Shown here: positions 12,031-24,228 of the stretch, one piece after another
Layout: every line of letters begins with the position of its first letter
Numbering within the stretch: position 1 is the stretch's first letter
DNA from: Octopus bimaculoides
Lineage: Eukaryota
Length of the DNA: 46,817 nucleotides
NCBI RefSeq assembly: GCF_001194135.2
Contig: NC_068981.1
Coordinates: forward strand, 19,462,032-19,508,848
Direction of reading: 5' to 3'
Position numbers and translations under genes: made by a program
The notes under the pieces: generated by a model
Databases searched by the model: none
Told to the model about the DNA's origin: nothing
What the model saw: the letters and a program-made list of their open reading frames with translations, nothing else

Positions 12031-12348
12031 GTAAGTCCTTAGATATCAATATTTGGAGTCAGATAGCTAACTGACTCGGTGAGATGACTGAATGATTCCT
12101 TAGCTATCAGTATTTAGAGTCAGGGGACTGACCGACTCCTTAAACGTCAGTATTTCAACTCAGTAGTCGGCTGAGTGCTTGGCACCTTCTAACCATATTG
12201 CTTTCTGCACTCTTGATAAACAGCATTGAGCTCCCATAGGATGTCCATTGTCATCAACCGCAGTACTTATTTTTTAAAGCCTAGCATTTATTCTATCAGT
12301 CATTTTTGCCAAACTGCTAGGTTATGTGGATGTAAACATACCAACACT

Positions 12349-12937
12349 TCTAAAATACAAAATTTTGTCAAAAATGTTAAGAGTAAACCCTGTTGTATGT
12401 AACACATTCTACCAGTATCGAAAGTTTGAAAATGTTTAGTTAAAAAAACATTAATTAAATACTCTGTACATCTAATTGAATAGGTCCGAAATACCGCATC
12501 TAGCATACATAATTTTGTCAAAAACGTTAAGAGTAAACCCTGTTCTATGTGACACATTCTACCAGTATCGGAAGTTTGAAAGTGTTTAGGGAAAAAAAAA
12601 AAATTAAATAATCTGTACATCTAATTGAATAGGTCCGAAATGGATGAAAGGCAAAGTCGACCTCAGAGGAATTTGAACTCAGAACGTAAAGACAGACGAA
12701 ATACCGCTTCTAGCATACAAAATTTTGTCAAAAACGTTAAGAATAAAACCTGTTCTATGTGACACATTCTTCCAGTATCGGAAGTTTGAAAGTGTTTAGT
12801 TAAAAAAAAAAAATGAATTAAATAATCTGTACGTCAAAGTCGACTGCAGCGAAATTTTGACTCAGAAAACGTAAAGACAGACGAAATACCGTTAAGCAAT
12901 TTGCCCGGCATGCTAATGTTTCTGCCAGCTCGCCACC
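12349..12937. repeat. Triplicated ~140-150-bp unit interleaved with minus-strand family-B SINE fragments
   Basis: Units at 12349-12498, 12499-12640 and 12709-12833; SINE pieces at 12641-12708 and ~12833-12937. Confidence 0.9.
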
Positions 12938-12989
12938 TTAAGTAGTAAGCATACATTTCAGAAATATATTCTTTATTCTTATTGCCTAA

Positions 12990-13410
12990 GCGTTATTCCC
13001 TTACTTTCTTACTTACTGACATGAAATTTCGAAACATTTTACCTCATAACTCTTTTTCTAAGAATTATTGTTCAATGCGACTAGCGACTCAGGATTCTTC
13101 ATGCATTTTTCTATCATTTAAGCCTAAGAAAAGTATACTTTTTATTTTAAAATTAAAAAGTTTATGTTCATTTAAGATGAATTGCCTTACTGCCCCCCTT
13201 GAGGTCGCAGATATTTTGATGTAACTTTTTTTCTACTGAACCAAATCTCAAACTATTTATGCCAAAGTGTAGCTGAGGAGGTGTCCTCTTTAAAACTATC
13301 AACAGTTTTCAATTTAGTTGAGAACTGAATTAGTGGTGAAGCTTGGAAGCAGCTATGATTTACGAAATGGTGGACTTAAGAATATATTCAACAACTACCG
13401 TGGTTGAATG
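12990..13410 (+). mobile_element. Non-autonomous AT-rich dispersed element with terminal hairpin (copy 1)
   Basis: Collinear similarity to ~33960-34365 (ccaaatctcaaa..tatgccaaa.tgtagct..cagttttcaattt..attcaac.actaccgt.gttgaatgata). Confidence 0.7.
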
Positions 13411-15690
13411 ATAAATATATAACCAGGCTGGTATATGGATTTGCATAATAATATGGCTCTGTACACACACACACACATGCATACACATGTGTACAAATAT
13501 ACACACACATATTCACGTATATATAAATGAACAGGTGTTCAAACTGTGATTGAACTTAATCATGTGTATATAATTAACACATCATGATTACTATAGATTA
13601 TATAGATTAAACTATTGTTTTACTTAGTAACAGAAAGGATAAGAGAAACAATACAGATATTTTTTTCCATTAGTCTGTTCAAATTAAAGCTGCAAGCTAG
13701 CAGAATGTTTAGCACATCAGACAAAATGTTCAGTGGTAAATCGTCTGTCTTTACCTTCTGTGTTTAAATTCAGCCAAGATCAACTTTGTTATACTTTTAG
13801 AGTCAATGAAATAAGGACCAATCGAGCAATTGATGCAATCAACTAGACCCCTGCTCAAGAATTTCAGTTCTTGTACCTGTAGTAGACAGGAAAGGATGAG
13901 ACTGTTCGGGTTAAATTTCTTGTAATTATGGCATCTACTACTGAGTGAATAAGTTTCTTTTTCATTCCTATAATGAGTTCCAATCCCATTGGGTTTCGTT
14001 TGCTTCTTATTTCTCTTGATTTTAATAAAATAAGAACTAGTCATATTGATTATGTAGATTTAATTAAACATAAGCATCCTTTATAAATTTTGTGGCATTT
14101 CAGCTAGACTGGAAAGTGTTCTGATTGAATTGCCTTCTTTATAGATGTCAGACATCAAATGTTGAAACATATATCATACAGTCAATACTCCAATTATTCA
14201 GATATAGATATCCAATGTGTTTGTTTGGACTGGTTGCAACAGTTGAAAAACTCTATCTGCAGTGTTTTTGCTGAGAAACTAAAGGGTTTTTTTCTTTTTT
14301 TACTTTCAAACATTCAAACTATGGCTAAAACTCCACTTGAAGAGGGAAATAACAGATGCTTTTGTGCAATAGGTGAATCTAAACACCCAGTCGTCCATGA
14401 TGTAACAGTACTAATTTTAATGACTAGAGTAAGCCAGATTTAATCTAATTTCAGTCTTTGGTTCAGTGTACTCTCACACAGATCCTTCAGTATGTTCCCC
14501 GATGCTAGTTTTTGTTCTGTGATTGCTGTTTGTTTATTAAGGAAGTTTAATACTGTTCCCACAATTCCATCTCTTGTTGTAGTATAGATTCATCTAGGAT
14601 CTCATTTAAGTATTTTGACATGTACACTCTTATTGCCATAAGAAGGTTATTGAATAGTAGGGGTGCTTTGAACATTTGGATTTTGTAGCACCTGCTTTCC
14701 TAGAAAGGAGAGGACACAACTTTAGTCACTTTGCAGTGGCACCTATTTAAAGATTAGCACACAAATTTATCAAAACTTGCAACTAGTCCTTCCATAATCC
14801 ACCAAATATAAATGATTGGATATTTTTCCAGCATGCATATAAGGGGGAAGCATCTAATGCTTTCCACAAATTTAGTTGCTGCATAGACGCAATCTTCTTA
14901 GTGTAAGCCTGTTGGAATACTTCCATTTCAGTAGCGTTCTCAAAGCAATAATCCAGACAACAGATAACATGTTTCTACTACACCCATGGAACAAATACAG
15001 CTTCTTATTCTCAATATTCTCAGGGTCCATTCTGTAATTTGTTTACATGTTGTCGCTATTTTAGAAATAATATAAATTGAAACACTACATTGTTTCTCAT
15101 AATAATTCCCACAATCATTTCATACAATTCTGACTCTGAAATTGCTGTCTCTCCTGGACATTTCTTCATAATTTCCTGTGAAAATTATTCTGGCATTTGT
15201 AATAAATACAAATGTCTAATATTGGTAATATTTACGAGGAGCCTGTGATGTTCATCTAGATCTCACCTCAAGAGATTAGTAGCATAAACAATACAACTAA
15301 TACAGGGCATAGTTATACTACCACCATCCAATACTATATCACAATTTACACTACGTATATTCCATATGATCATGTTCCAATACAATTTAATACAACTCAT
15401 ATATTCTATGCAATCACCTCTTAACACTACAACACAATTCATATGTAACTTATATAATCACTTGAAGGAAAAGAGGAGATAACCACTCCAAAATGCTTGC
15501 TTCTCACAATGTGGGTAGGTGGCGCTATGAGCTAATTTTGATGTATTCCCACCATTTGTTTATGGTGAGAAATTTTCTACATGACAAAACGCAGTGAATG
15601 GCTTTCTTAGAGCTTGTTTGAACTGGTAATAACCTTGTAACCTATATGGTACTTTTATAAACAGGGCTAAATTAGCTGTTTTCTCTCTAG

Positions 15691-15800
15691 ATTGTAAAAC
15701 TGATGAACAACCTACAACCTTAATTGATCTTCAAATCTCAGTGGATTCTCATCTGAGTCAGCTACATCAATTTGACCAATCCCAGAGAAACAAGCAGCCC
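15691..15800 (+). other. Candidate 110-bp internal exon (unverified)
   Basis: Acceptor gttttctctctAG, donor CCC|GTATGT, open frame DCKTDEQPTTLIDLQISVDSHLSQLHQFDQSQRNKQP. I do not recognise any homology. Confidence 0.3.
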
Positions 15801-15938
15801 GTATGTTTATATGCTCAACAATTAGATTAGCTAAAAAAAACTGGAGCAACTAATTTGCATATCATAAGTGTTAACACTTCACTTTAAACAACAGGGACCA
15901 GTCAACAGGGATCTCAGTCCACATAGTATCAAAGTATA

Positions 15939-16318
15939 GGTGCAGGAGTGGTTGTGTGGTAAGTAGCTTGCATACCAACTTCACGGCTCTGGGTTCAGTC
16001 CCACTGTGTGGCACCTTGGGCAAGTTTCTTCTGCTCTAGCCGCGGGCAGACCAAAGCCTTGTGAGTGGATTTGGTAGACGAAAACTGAAAGAAGCACGTC
16101 GTATCTATGTGTGTGTGTGTTTGTGTTTGTCTCCCCACCATCACTTGACAACCGATGTTGGTGTGTTTACATACCCGTAACTTAGCGGTTTGGTAAAAGA
16201 GACCGATAGGATAAGTTCTAGGCTTACAAAGAGTAAGTCCTGGGGTCGATTTGCTCAACTAAATGTGGTGCTCCAGCATGGCTGCAATCAAGTGACTGAA
16301 ACAAGAAAAAGAGTATAA
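15939..16318 (+). mobile_element. SINE family A
   Basis: Full head-to-tail match to the 8172-8575 family. Confidence 0.92.
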
Positions 16319-16514
16319 AAAATATGTAACCTAAATAGCACCTGTATAAAACCGGGCTGATGTAGCTGTTTGTCTATAGATTGTAAATAATCAGAAAGTT
16401 TAATCAGTTTTCAAATCTCATTGGATTCTCATCTGAGGCGTCTACATCAATTTAACCAATCCTATCACATACACTTCACAATCACTTCCCAACATTATAA
16501 TACAATCTAAGATG

Positions 16515-17075
16515 ATGAGCTGGCTGAATCATTAATATATCAGACAAAATGCTTCGTGGCATTTTAGTCTGTCTTTATTTTCTAACTCCAAATTCCACTG
16601 AGGTCAACTTTACCTTTCATCCTTTCAAGGTCGATAAAATAAGTACCAGTTGAGCACTGGGGCTGATGTAATCAACTAACACCCTCTCCCCAATATTGCT
16701 GACATTGTGCTAAAATTTGAAACCAATGTTACAACATAACTTATATATCACATGATCTTCACAATCACCTCCCAATATTATAACAAAACTATCATGAAGC
16801 ATTCCACACAGTCCCTTCAGTATTAAGCAACAACCAAGGCAGTGAGCTGGCAAAATTGTTAGCAATCTGGGCAAAATTGTTAGCAATCTGGGCAAAATGT
16901 TTAATGGCATTCCATCCATCTTTACATTTCTGAGTTCAAATTCCACCAAGATTGACTTTGCCTTTCATATTTATGTGGGGTTGATAAAATAAGAATCATT
17001 TGAGTGCTAGGATTGATATAATCAGCTTTACTCCTTCTCCAAAATACCACCATTGTGCCAAAATTTGAAACCAAC
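16515..17075 (+). mobile_element. Two decayed family-B SINEs (~16515-16725 and ~16843-17075)
   Basis: gagctggc..caaattcc..gactttgcctttcat..gataaaataag..gtgccaaaatttgaaacca. The second copy has a 21-bp tandem duplication in its head. Confidence 0.85.
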
Positions 17076-17167
17076 ATTATACGACAACTAACACAGTGTG
17101 TATTAAACCCAGTCACCATTCAGTACTGTAACATCACCAACACAACTATACAATCAATTCTAATATA

Positions 17168-17294
17168 CAGGGTGTCCACAAAGTCTGGGTACATGGAGTA
17201 AATAAAATCATAACATAAACAATTAACTATAAGAAATAATAATTTCTTAAAGTATGTGTTAATCCCCATGTACCCAGACTTTGTGGACACCCTG
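17168..17294. mobile_element. 127-bp Tc1/mariner-type MITE
   Basis: Perfect 29-bp TIRs CAGGGTGTCCACAAAGTCTGGGTACATGG (17168-17196 and 17266-17294), with TA on both sides. Confidence 0.95.
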
Positions 17295-17384
17295 TATAAT
17301 GTTACACAGCACAAGCCACACAATGTGTGCGGTACAGTGCCCTTCCAGAAGATGATGAATTAGAAAAGGAAAAGCTGGTACACA

Positions 17385-17805
17385 GGTGGTAGCATGGCTG
17401 GGTGGCAAGCAGCTTGCTTCCTAACCATATGGTTGCGGGTTCAGTCCCACTGCGTGGTATCTTAGGCAAGTGTCTTCTGCTATAGCCTCGGGTTGACCAA
17501 AACCTTGTGAGTGGATTTGGTAGATGAAAACTCAAAGAAGCCTGTTGTATACATATGTCTATGTGTGTGTGTCTTTGTGATTGTGTTTGCCCCCCTCTAC
17601 CACTTGACAACTAGTGTTGGTGCGTTTATGTCCCTGTAGCTTAGCAGTTCAGCAAAAGATACCAATAGAATAAGTACCAGGCTTTAAAAAAAAAAAATAA
17701 TAAATAAGTACTGGGCTTAATTTATTCAACCAAACATACTTCAAGTTGGTGAACCAGCATGACCGTAGTCCAATGACTGAAACAAGTAGAAGATAAAGAT
17801 AAAAA
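17385..17805 (+). mobile_element. SINE family A (diverged)
   Basis: Same head, core and tail as the other family-A copies. Confidence 0.88.
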
Positions 17806-18200
17806 GATGGCCAATACATACGAAAACTGAACAAGGGAGAGATAGATAATGAAAAACCTAAGTATTGGCTTAAAAGCTCAGGATTCAAAGCTTTGGTCAA
17901 ATGATTATTGATTGCAGTACAGTCCCAAAAAGGAAATGCTTCCTGACTGAAGTATCAATTCCAACAGATGATAATCTATCTCTAAAAGAAATTGAGACAT
18001 TATCTAAATGTAATGATCTAGAAATGCTGATAACCAGAATTGGGGGACTGAAAACAAAGACATTTCCCATAATAATTGGTGCATTGGAAAATGACAAAGA
18101 AACAAACATGCAGATAAATACATAACCAAAAACCTAGGAACTTCAAATGTAAACAACACTGGGAAAATAACACTACAAGGCACTATATACATGTTGCATA
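17806..18200 (+). mobile_element. R4/Dong-like LINE fragment (second subfamily, internally deleted)
   Basis: GQYIRKLNKGEIDNEKPKYWLKSSGFKA joined to KCFLTEVSIPTDDNLSLKEIETLSKCNDLE..FPIIIGALE (RLE C-terminus). Confidence 0.75.
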
Positions 18201-18636
18201 ATACAAAATACTGGATGTACTCAAGTTACATTACTCTGCATTCAGCTGTGCAGGGAAAGCTAACAACAACAACAATGAAAAATAAGAACAAACAACAAAA
18301 GCTGTAAAGCAACTAAACTCTAAGCTAAAACTGGAATTTCAAAATACCATGATAGAATGAGGGGAAGAAAAGTCCATACAGGGCTAATGCTGGATAAGTG
18401 AAACAGGAAAGANNNNNNNNNNNNNNNNNNNNNNNNNNNNNNNNNNNNNNNNNNNNNNNNNNNNNNNNNNNNNNNNNNNNNNNNNNNNNNNNNNNNNNNN
18501 NNNNNNNNNNNNNNNNNNNNNNNNNNNNNNNNNNNNNNNNNNNNNNNNNNNNNNNNNNNNNNNNNNNNNNNNNNNNNNNNNNNNNNNNNNNNNNNNNNNN
18601 NNNNNNNNNNNNNNNNNNNNNNNNNNNNNNNNNNNN

Positions 18637-18945
18637 CTTGTGAGTGGATTTGGTAGACGGAAACTGAAAGAAGCCCGTCGTATATATCTGTGTGTGTGTA
18701 TATATATATATATATATGTGTGTTTTGGTGTGTCTGTGTTTGTCCCCCCCACCATCGCTTGACAACCGATGCTGGTATGTTTACGTCCCCTTAACTTAGC
18801 GGTTCGGCAAAAAGAGACTGATAGAATAAGTACTAGGCTTACAAAGAATAAGTCCTGGGGTCGATTTGCTCGACTAAAGGCGGTGCTGCAGCATGGCCGC
18901 AGTCAAATGACTGAAACAAATAAAAGAGTAAAAGAGTAAAAGAGT
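18637..18945 (+). mobile_element. SINE family A (5' part lies in the gap)
   Basis: Core, (TA/TG)n and tail aaagagtaaaagagtaaaagag. Confidence 0.92.
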
Positions 18946-19585
18946 TAAGAAGCTCTGGACTCAAAATAGAGGCTGAAAGAATATTAATTGCGGCAAAAGA
19001 TCAAAGCCTCTCCACCAGAAACCACTAGAAACACGAAATGAAGCAAACTACAATAAGTAACTGCAGAATATGTGGTGATAGGGAAGAAACAATAAATTAT
19101 ATTGTCTCTGGCTGCTCAGTCCTGGCTAAGAAAGAATGTATTCACAGACATGACAGAGTTGGATCTATATACACTGAAAGCTATGCCTGCACCATGGAAT
19201 GACAACAACAAAAATTGTTATAGGCATAGCCCAGAAAAGATCACAGAAAATGACAAAGTGACTGTACTCTAGGATATGCCTATACACACAGATAGAGAGA
19301 TCAAGGTTAATATACCAGACATAGTTGTCAGAGATCATCAAGACAAAAATGCCTTCTAATCAGCATATCAATCCCAACAGATGACAATGTATCTCTAAAA
19401 ACAGAGAAATTCTCAAAATACAAAGATCTGGAAATAGAGATAACCTAAATCCTTACACTAACAGGTGCATTAGGTATGATTAAAAAGCATAAAAATTCAA
19501 AACCAAAACATCAGGACTTACGAATATATAACATACAGAAAATAATCATCACACACATTCTAACTAAAGGACTTTCAATACTCTT
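18946..19585 (+). mobile_element. R4/Dong-like LINE 3' region (zinc knuckle plus RLE)
   Basis: LRSSGLKIEAERILIAAKDQSL..CRICGDREETINYIVSGCSVLAKKECIHRHDRV..PDIVVRD..SIPTDDNVSLK..KFSKYKDLEIEI..GALG. Confidence 0.88.
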
Positions 19586-19800
19586 TTATTACTTTTACTT
19601 GTTTCAGTCATTTGACTCTGGCCATGCTGGAGCACCGCCTTTAGTCGAGCAAATCAACACCAGGACTTATTATTTGTAAGCCTAGTACTTATTCTATCGG
19701 TCTCTTTTACTGAACTGCTAAGTTACGGGGACGTAAACACACCAGCATCGATTGTCAAGCGATGTTGGGAGGACAAACACAAACACACAAACAGACAAAC
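19586..19800 (-). mobile_element. SINE family A, 3' half
   Basis: cttttacttgtttcagtcatttgact..gtcaagcgatgttgg. Confidence 0.9.
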
Positions 19801-20410
19801 ACAGTGAAATACCACTATGCAATTCTGCCAGCTCACTGCCTTACTTAGTGATGATAGTAGTAACAATAATAANNNNNNNNNNNNNNNNNNNNNNNNNNNN
19901 NNNNNNNNNNNNNNNNNNNNNNNNNNNNNNNNNNNNNNNNNNNNNNNNNNNNNNNNNNNNNNNNNNNNNNNNNNNNNNNNNNNNNNNNNNNNNNNNNNNN
20001 NNNNNNNNNNNNNNNNNNNNNNNNNNNNNNNNNNNNNNNNNNNNNNNNNNNNNNNNNNNNNNNNNNNNNNNNNNNNNNNNNNNNNNNNNNNNNNNNNNNN
20101 NNNNNNNNNNNNNNNNNNNNNNNNNNNNNNNNNNNNNNNNNNNNNNNNNNNNNNNNNNNNNNNNNNNNNNNNNNNNNNNNNNNNNNNNNNNNNNNNNNNN
20201 NNNNNNNNNNNNNNNNNNNNNNNNNNNNNNNNNNNNNNNNNNNNNNNNNNNNNNNNNNNNNNNNNNNNNNNNNNNNNNNNNNNNNNNNNNNNNNNNNNNN
20301 NNNNNNNNNNNNNNNNNNNNNNNNNNNNNNNNNNNNNNNNNNNNNNNNNNNNNNNNNNNNNNNNNNNNNNNNNNNNNNNNNNNNNNNNNNNNNNNNNNNN
20401 NNNNNNNNNN

Positions 20411-20421
20411 GAGGGGGAGAA

Positions 20422-20464
<43 letters not shown>

Positions 20465-20618
20465 TAGAAGAAGAAGAGGAGGAAGAAGAAGAAGAAGAAG
20501 AAGAAGAAGAAGAAGAAGAAGAAGAAGAAGAAGAAGAAGAAGAAGAAGAAGAAGAAAAAGAAGAAGAAGAAGAAGAAGAAGAAGAAGAAGAAGAAGAAGA
20601 AGAAGAAGAAGAAGAAGA
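20411..20618. repeat. (GAA)n purine tract
   Basis: More than 200 bp, nearly pure, adjacent to the gap. Confidence 0.98.
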
Positions 20619-21024
20619 CAACAATAATAGCAGCACAGCAACAACAATGACAACAAAAACAAATATTGTTTTTTTTTTAAGATTTATAACTTTAAGATGA
20701 TAATAACGTTTTGAAAAGTTCAGTTCTGTAGTTTTGGGTATAATTCACCCTTAATCCTTTTTGAAATCCCCAAGTTTAGAACCTGCTGGAACAACAAACA
20801 AACACCAGCTAAATTATGTTTTTTATTCTTTTTCTTTTTCTTATTTGGAGGTGGGGAGCCATTTTGCTTTTTTTTCTTCTTTGATTTGTGTGGTTTGTGT
20901 GTTTTGGGGTATTTCCATAAAGGAAATGTAAAATGCAATTAGTGTTTTTTTTAATAGCTTTCTCTATTGTTTTTCTTTCCGTTAATAAACAGTCTTTTTT
21001 TCTGGCAGGGAATAAGCATTTGCA

Positions 21025-21420
21025 TACACACATGTATACAGACACACATATATACGCACATATATACACACATACATACACACATATACACACCTATACA
21101 TATAGACATATGCATACATATATATATGTGTGTGTATGTATACATGTATATATATATATACATACATATATCTATAGATATGTATTATATATATGTATAT
21201 ACATATATATATGTGTGTGTATGTATACATGTATATATATATATATATATATTTACATTTATACATATGTACACACACACACACATGTGTGTATATGTGC
21301 ATGTTTGTGCATGTATTGATATAGATAGATATATCTTTACATGCATATATGTATGCATATGTATCTGTATGCTTGTATGTATGTATGTGTATATATATAA
21401 GTATGTATGTGTATGTACGT
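21025..21420. repeat. Compound (CA)/(TA)/(TG) low-complexity tract
   Basis: Seen directly in the sequence. Confidence 0.9.
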
Positions 21421-22059
21421 CAGGAAATTTCATAAGCTCATGCCTCTTTCCTCTTTGTCATTTAACAGCTATGTTGTATAATTCCATAGCAATATGGAGA
21501 GAAATACTTCTGTATGATGGAAGAAGAAATGATGGCATTATTGATTCAGTTTAGAGGATCAAGAAATAGCTTTTTAATTGGGTTTCACTTGCCTCATCAT
21601 TGTATCAGCTTGCTATCAATAAAAAAAAAAAAGTGCAAAAATAGAAAATCACTGTTCTTCTGTTTTACATTCCAAATCTGAATAGGCATTCACTGAAAAT
21701 GTGGCTCTTTTTTCGTTGTTAATTATTTAACATATTCCAAAGAGGTTGCTTGTTATTTCTCTGAAAGAACACATTAGAAAAGTATTAGGTAATACTTAAT
21801 CAGATTCTACCACTTCAGCCCCTTGCAGGCCCTTCTAAGTTGTCATTATTACTCATTTATGGCTGTTTTGTCTCCCTCTGCTGAAAAATTGTTTCAAGTA
21901 TACAGTGTCATTTCATTTCTCACCAGTTATCATCTGTAAAAAAAATGTGATGTAATTTAAGTCCTCAGCAAACCGGAGTGAAGTACACACACACACACGC
22001 ACACACACATGTATATCTATATTATTACACTTTATGTCCTTACATAAAGGCTATGTGGA

Positions 22060-22484
22060 ACAGTCCATTCTCAGAGGCTATCTCTACTATATGTTTTTTT
22101 CTTTACATTAGCAATATGACAAGCAAACCATTTCTCATATTCTAGATTTCATGTAAAGTGTGTCCCTTATATAAGTAATACTTGGAAGAGTCTATTTCTG
22201 AAAGGATCTCCGCTATAACCTTTTTCCCTCACATGAGCAATATTTGGAAATGTCTATTCTCAGAAAGACTCTCCACAATAAATTTTCCTTTGCATTAACA
22301 ATATCTAGAAGAGTCCACTCTCAAAAACACTCTGCACTATAAGTTTTCCCTCACATAAACGATATCTAGAAAAATATCCATTATTTTCAGAAAGGTTCTT
22401 CACAAATATTTTCCCTTTGCATGAGAAGTATCTGGAATGTATGAGTAGTATCTGGAATCATCCAGTCTCAGAAAGGATCTCCAG
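22060..22484. repeat. Degenerate ~62-bp minisatellite, about 7 units, resuming after the mariner
   Basis: Consensus approximately ccattctcagaaaggatctccactataattttccctcacatgagcaatatctggaagagt, with unit starts near 22066, 22127, 22191, 22253, 22314, 22378 and 22461. Confidence 0.8.
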
Positions 22485-22486
22485 TA

Positions 22487-23635
22487 TGAGGATTGGTTGA
22501 AAAGTTCAGCATAGTCCCCCCACCCCCACCCCTTGCGATCCTTGGAAGCATCAGTGTTGCAGAGTTGGATCCTGAAGAAGCTTTCGTCTTGTCAGTCAAA
22601 AAAGTCAACAGCAGATATGACATCATCATTATTGTGTTTTTTCATGTTGGAGAACAGATGATCCTCAGATGGAGTCAAATCAGGACAATAGGAAGAATGG
22701 TCAACTAGTTCAAAGCCACAGTTACACACAGCACCCATTGAAACCAAGGACTTGTGTGCTGGAGCATTGTCCAGATGAAACAAAATCTTTTTCATCAGTT
22801 TTCCTGGACAATTGGTCTTGGTAGCCTTTCATAATTGTCCCAGCAAGTTGACATAGTAATCTCCATTGATGGTGTATCTCTTTTGAAGAAAGTCAATAAA
22901 CACAATGCCTTTTGCATCCCCAAGAACTGAGGCTGTCAACCTCCCTGCAAATGAAAGGACCATGGCCTTCTTTGAAGCAGGTGAGAAGGGGTATTTCCAC
23001 TGCATGGATTGTCTCATTGTCTCTGGCTCAAAATGGTGAACCAAATTCTCATCTTTGGTTAGGAAACATTCAAATAAGCTAGCTAGATCTACCTCAAACA
23101 ATGTCAGATTTTCCTGTGGTGTGGTCAGCCTAGTACACTTTAGATCAAGTGCCAGAAAACGTGGCACCCACTGAGCTGAAACCTTCATTATGTCAAGTTC
23201 ATTATGCATAATATCTTCAACTCTCACAAAGAATATGTTAATAGCATTGGCTATTTGAATTATAGTGAATCACTTGTAATCCATCATCATGTGGCGAACA
23301 TGATTAATGTTTCCCTCGGTGGTGGAAGACTGATCCTTCCCACCCTGAATTTAGTTACACTCTTAGTGTAGCATCCATGTCATCATGAATGTCATTGGGG
23401 TTAAACCCTTTTTTTGCAGATACTCGATAAATCTACAATGCCAAACTTTGTCCATTTTCAAGAGAAATCGCCACCAGTTACTTTTGAAGTCATCTTTGAA
23501 CAGTCAGATGTCAGTTTGCCTGAAAAGAAACAATGCAGTTATTAATAAAAAGGGTTGAAATTAATGCATGCAATATTTCACAGCTCTAGCATCACTCCTT
23601 CATAATCAGCTGGTGAGCCTATCAGCCTACCCTCA
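22487..23635 (-). mobile_element. Near full-length decayed mariner element
   Basis: KVSAQWVPRFL, FLTKDENLVHHFEPET (WVPREL and TGDETW motifs), FHLDNAPAH and YCPDLTPSEDHLF (YSPDLAPSD motif). Degenerate TIRs tgaggattggttgaaaag and ctatcagcctaccctca, with TA at 22485-22486 and 23636-23637. Confidence 0.92.
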
Positions 23636-24228
23636 TATATTCTTACTCTCACATAAGCAATTCTAGCTCAGTCCATTTTGAGAATCAATCTCCATCAGTC
23701 TTCTGTTTTCGAAGTAATAACTTTTCAGGACACATTCAAAAAATGCCCTCCTGGATAGGCCCTCGACTTCCCTCCCTTCAGATAACTAATTTCCATTTTC
23801 ATTCCTGAAAAAAAGAAAAAGAAAACCCAAAGAATCTGAAAGAATTTAACAAAAGGACCACTCAAAGCCAGTGTTTTCCTGACAACCAAAACTTATATTC
23901 CTTCCTGTGACTGACATCTTCTGTCCTACTATATTATATTGGTGACCGAACACCATTTATAAGGAACATAAGTGGATTTTTGACTGCACAGCTGGACAAG
24001 GTTTTGATTGACAAGCACATAATTTTGACTTAGCTGTTAATACTTGTACTTTACTTCAGCTGTTAATAACTTCAGATTTAAGCCACTGAGAGAGCTTCTA
24101 CGTGGTCGTATGACCTACTAGAAAATGCAACCAAATTCCATCAAATCATGTCTTGACATCTTAAAAAAAAACATGGACATATTAAATAAGGTGGTCTTAG
24201 TTGTATTATACCAAGTTGTATTATTATA

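Noticed and set aside
11702-12049. Poly-T/S/P/Q/R ORFs, and similar ones at 26403-26859 and 19752-20662
   Set aside because: Stop-free frames are expected from compound trinucleotide tracts. There is no domain or splice support.
22060-22484. Possible C2H2 zinc-finger array relic
   Set aside because: The period is ~62 bp rather than 84 bp, and no CxxC/HxxxH/TGEKP pattern appears in the frames I checked.
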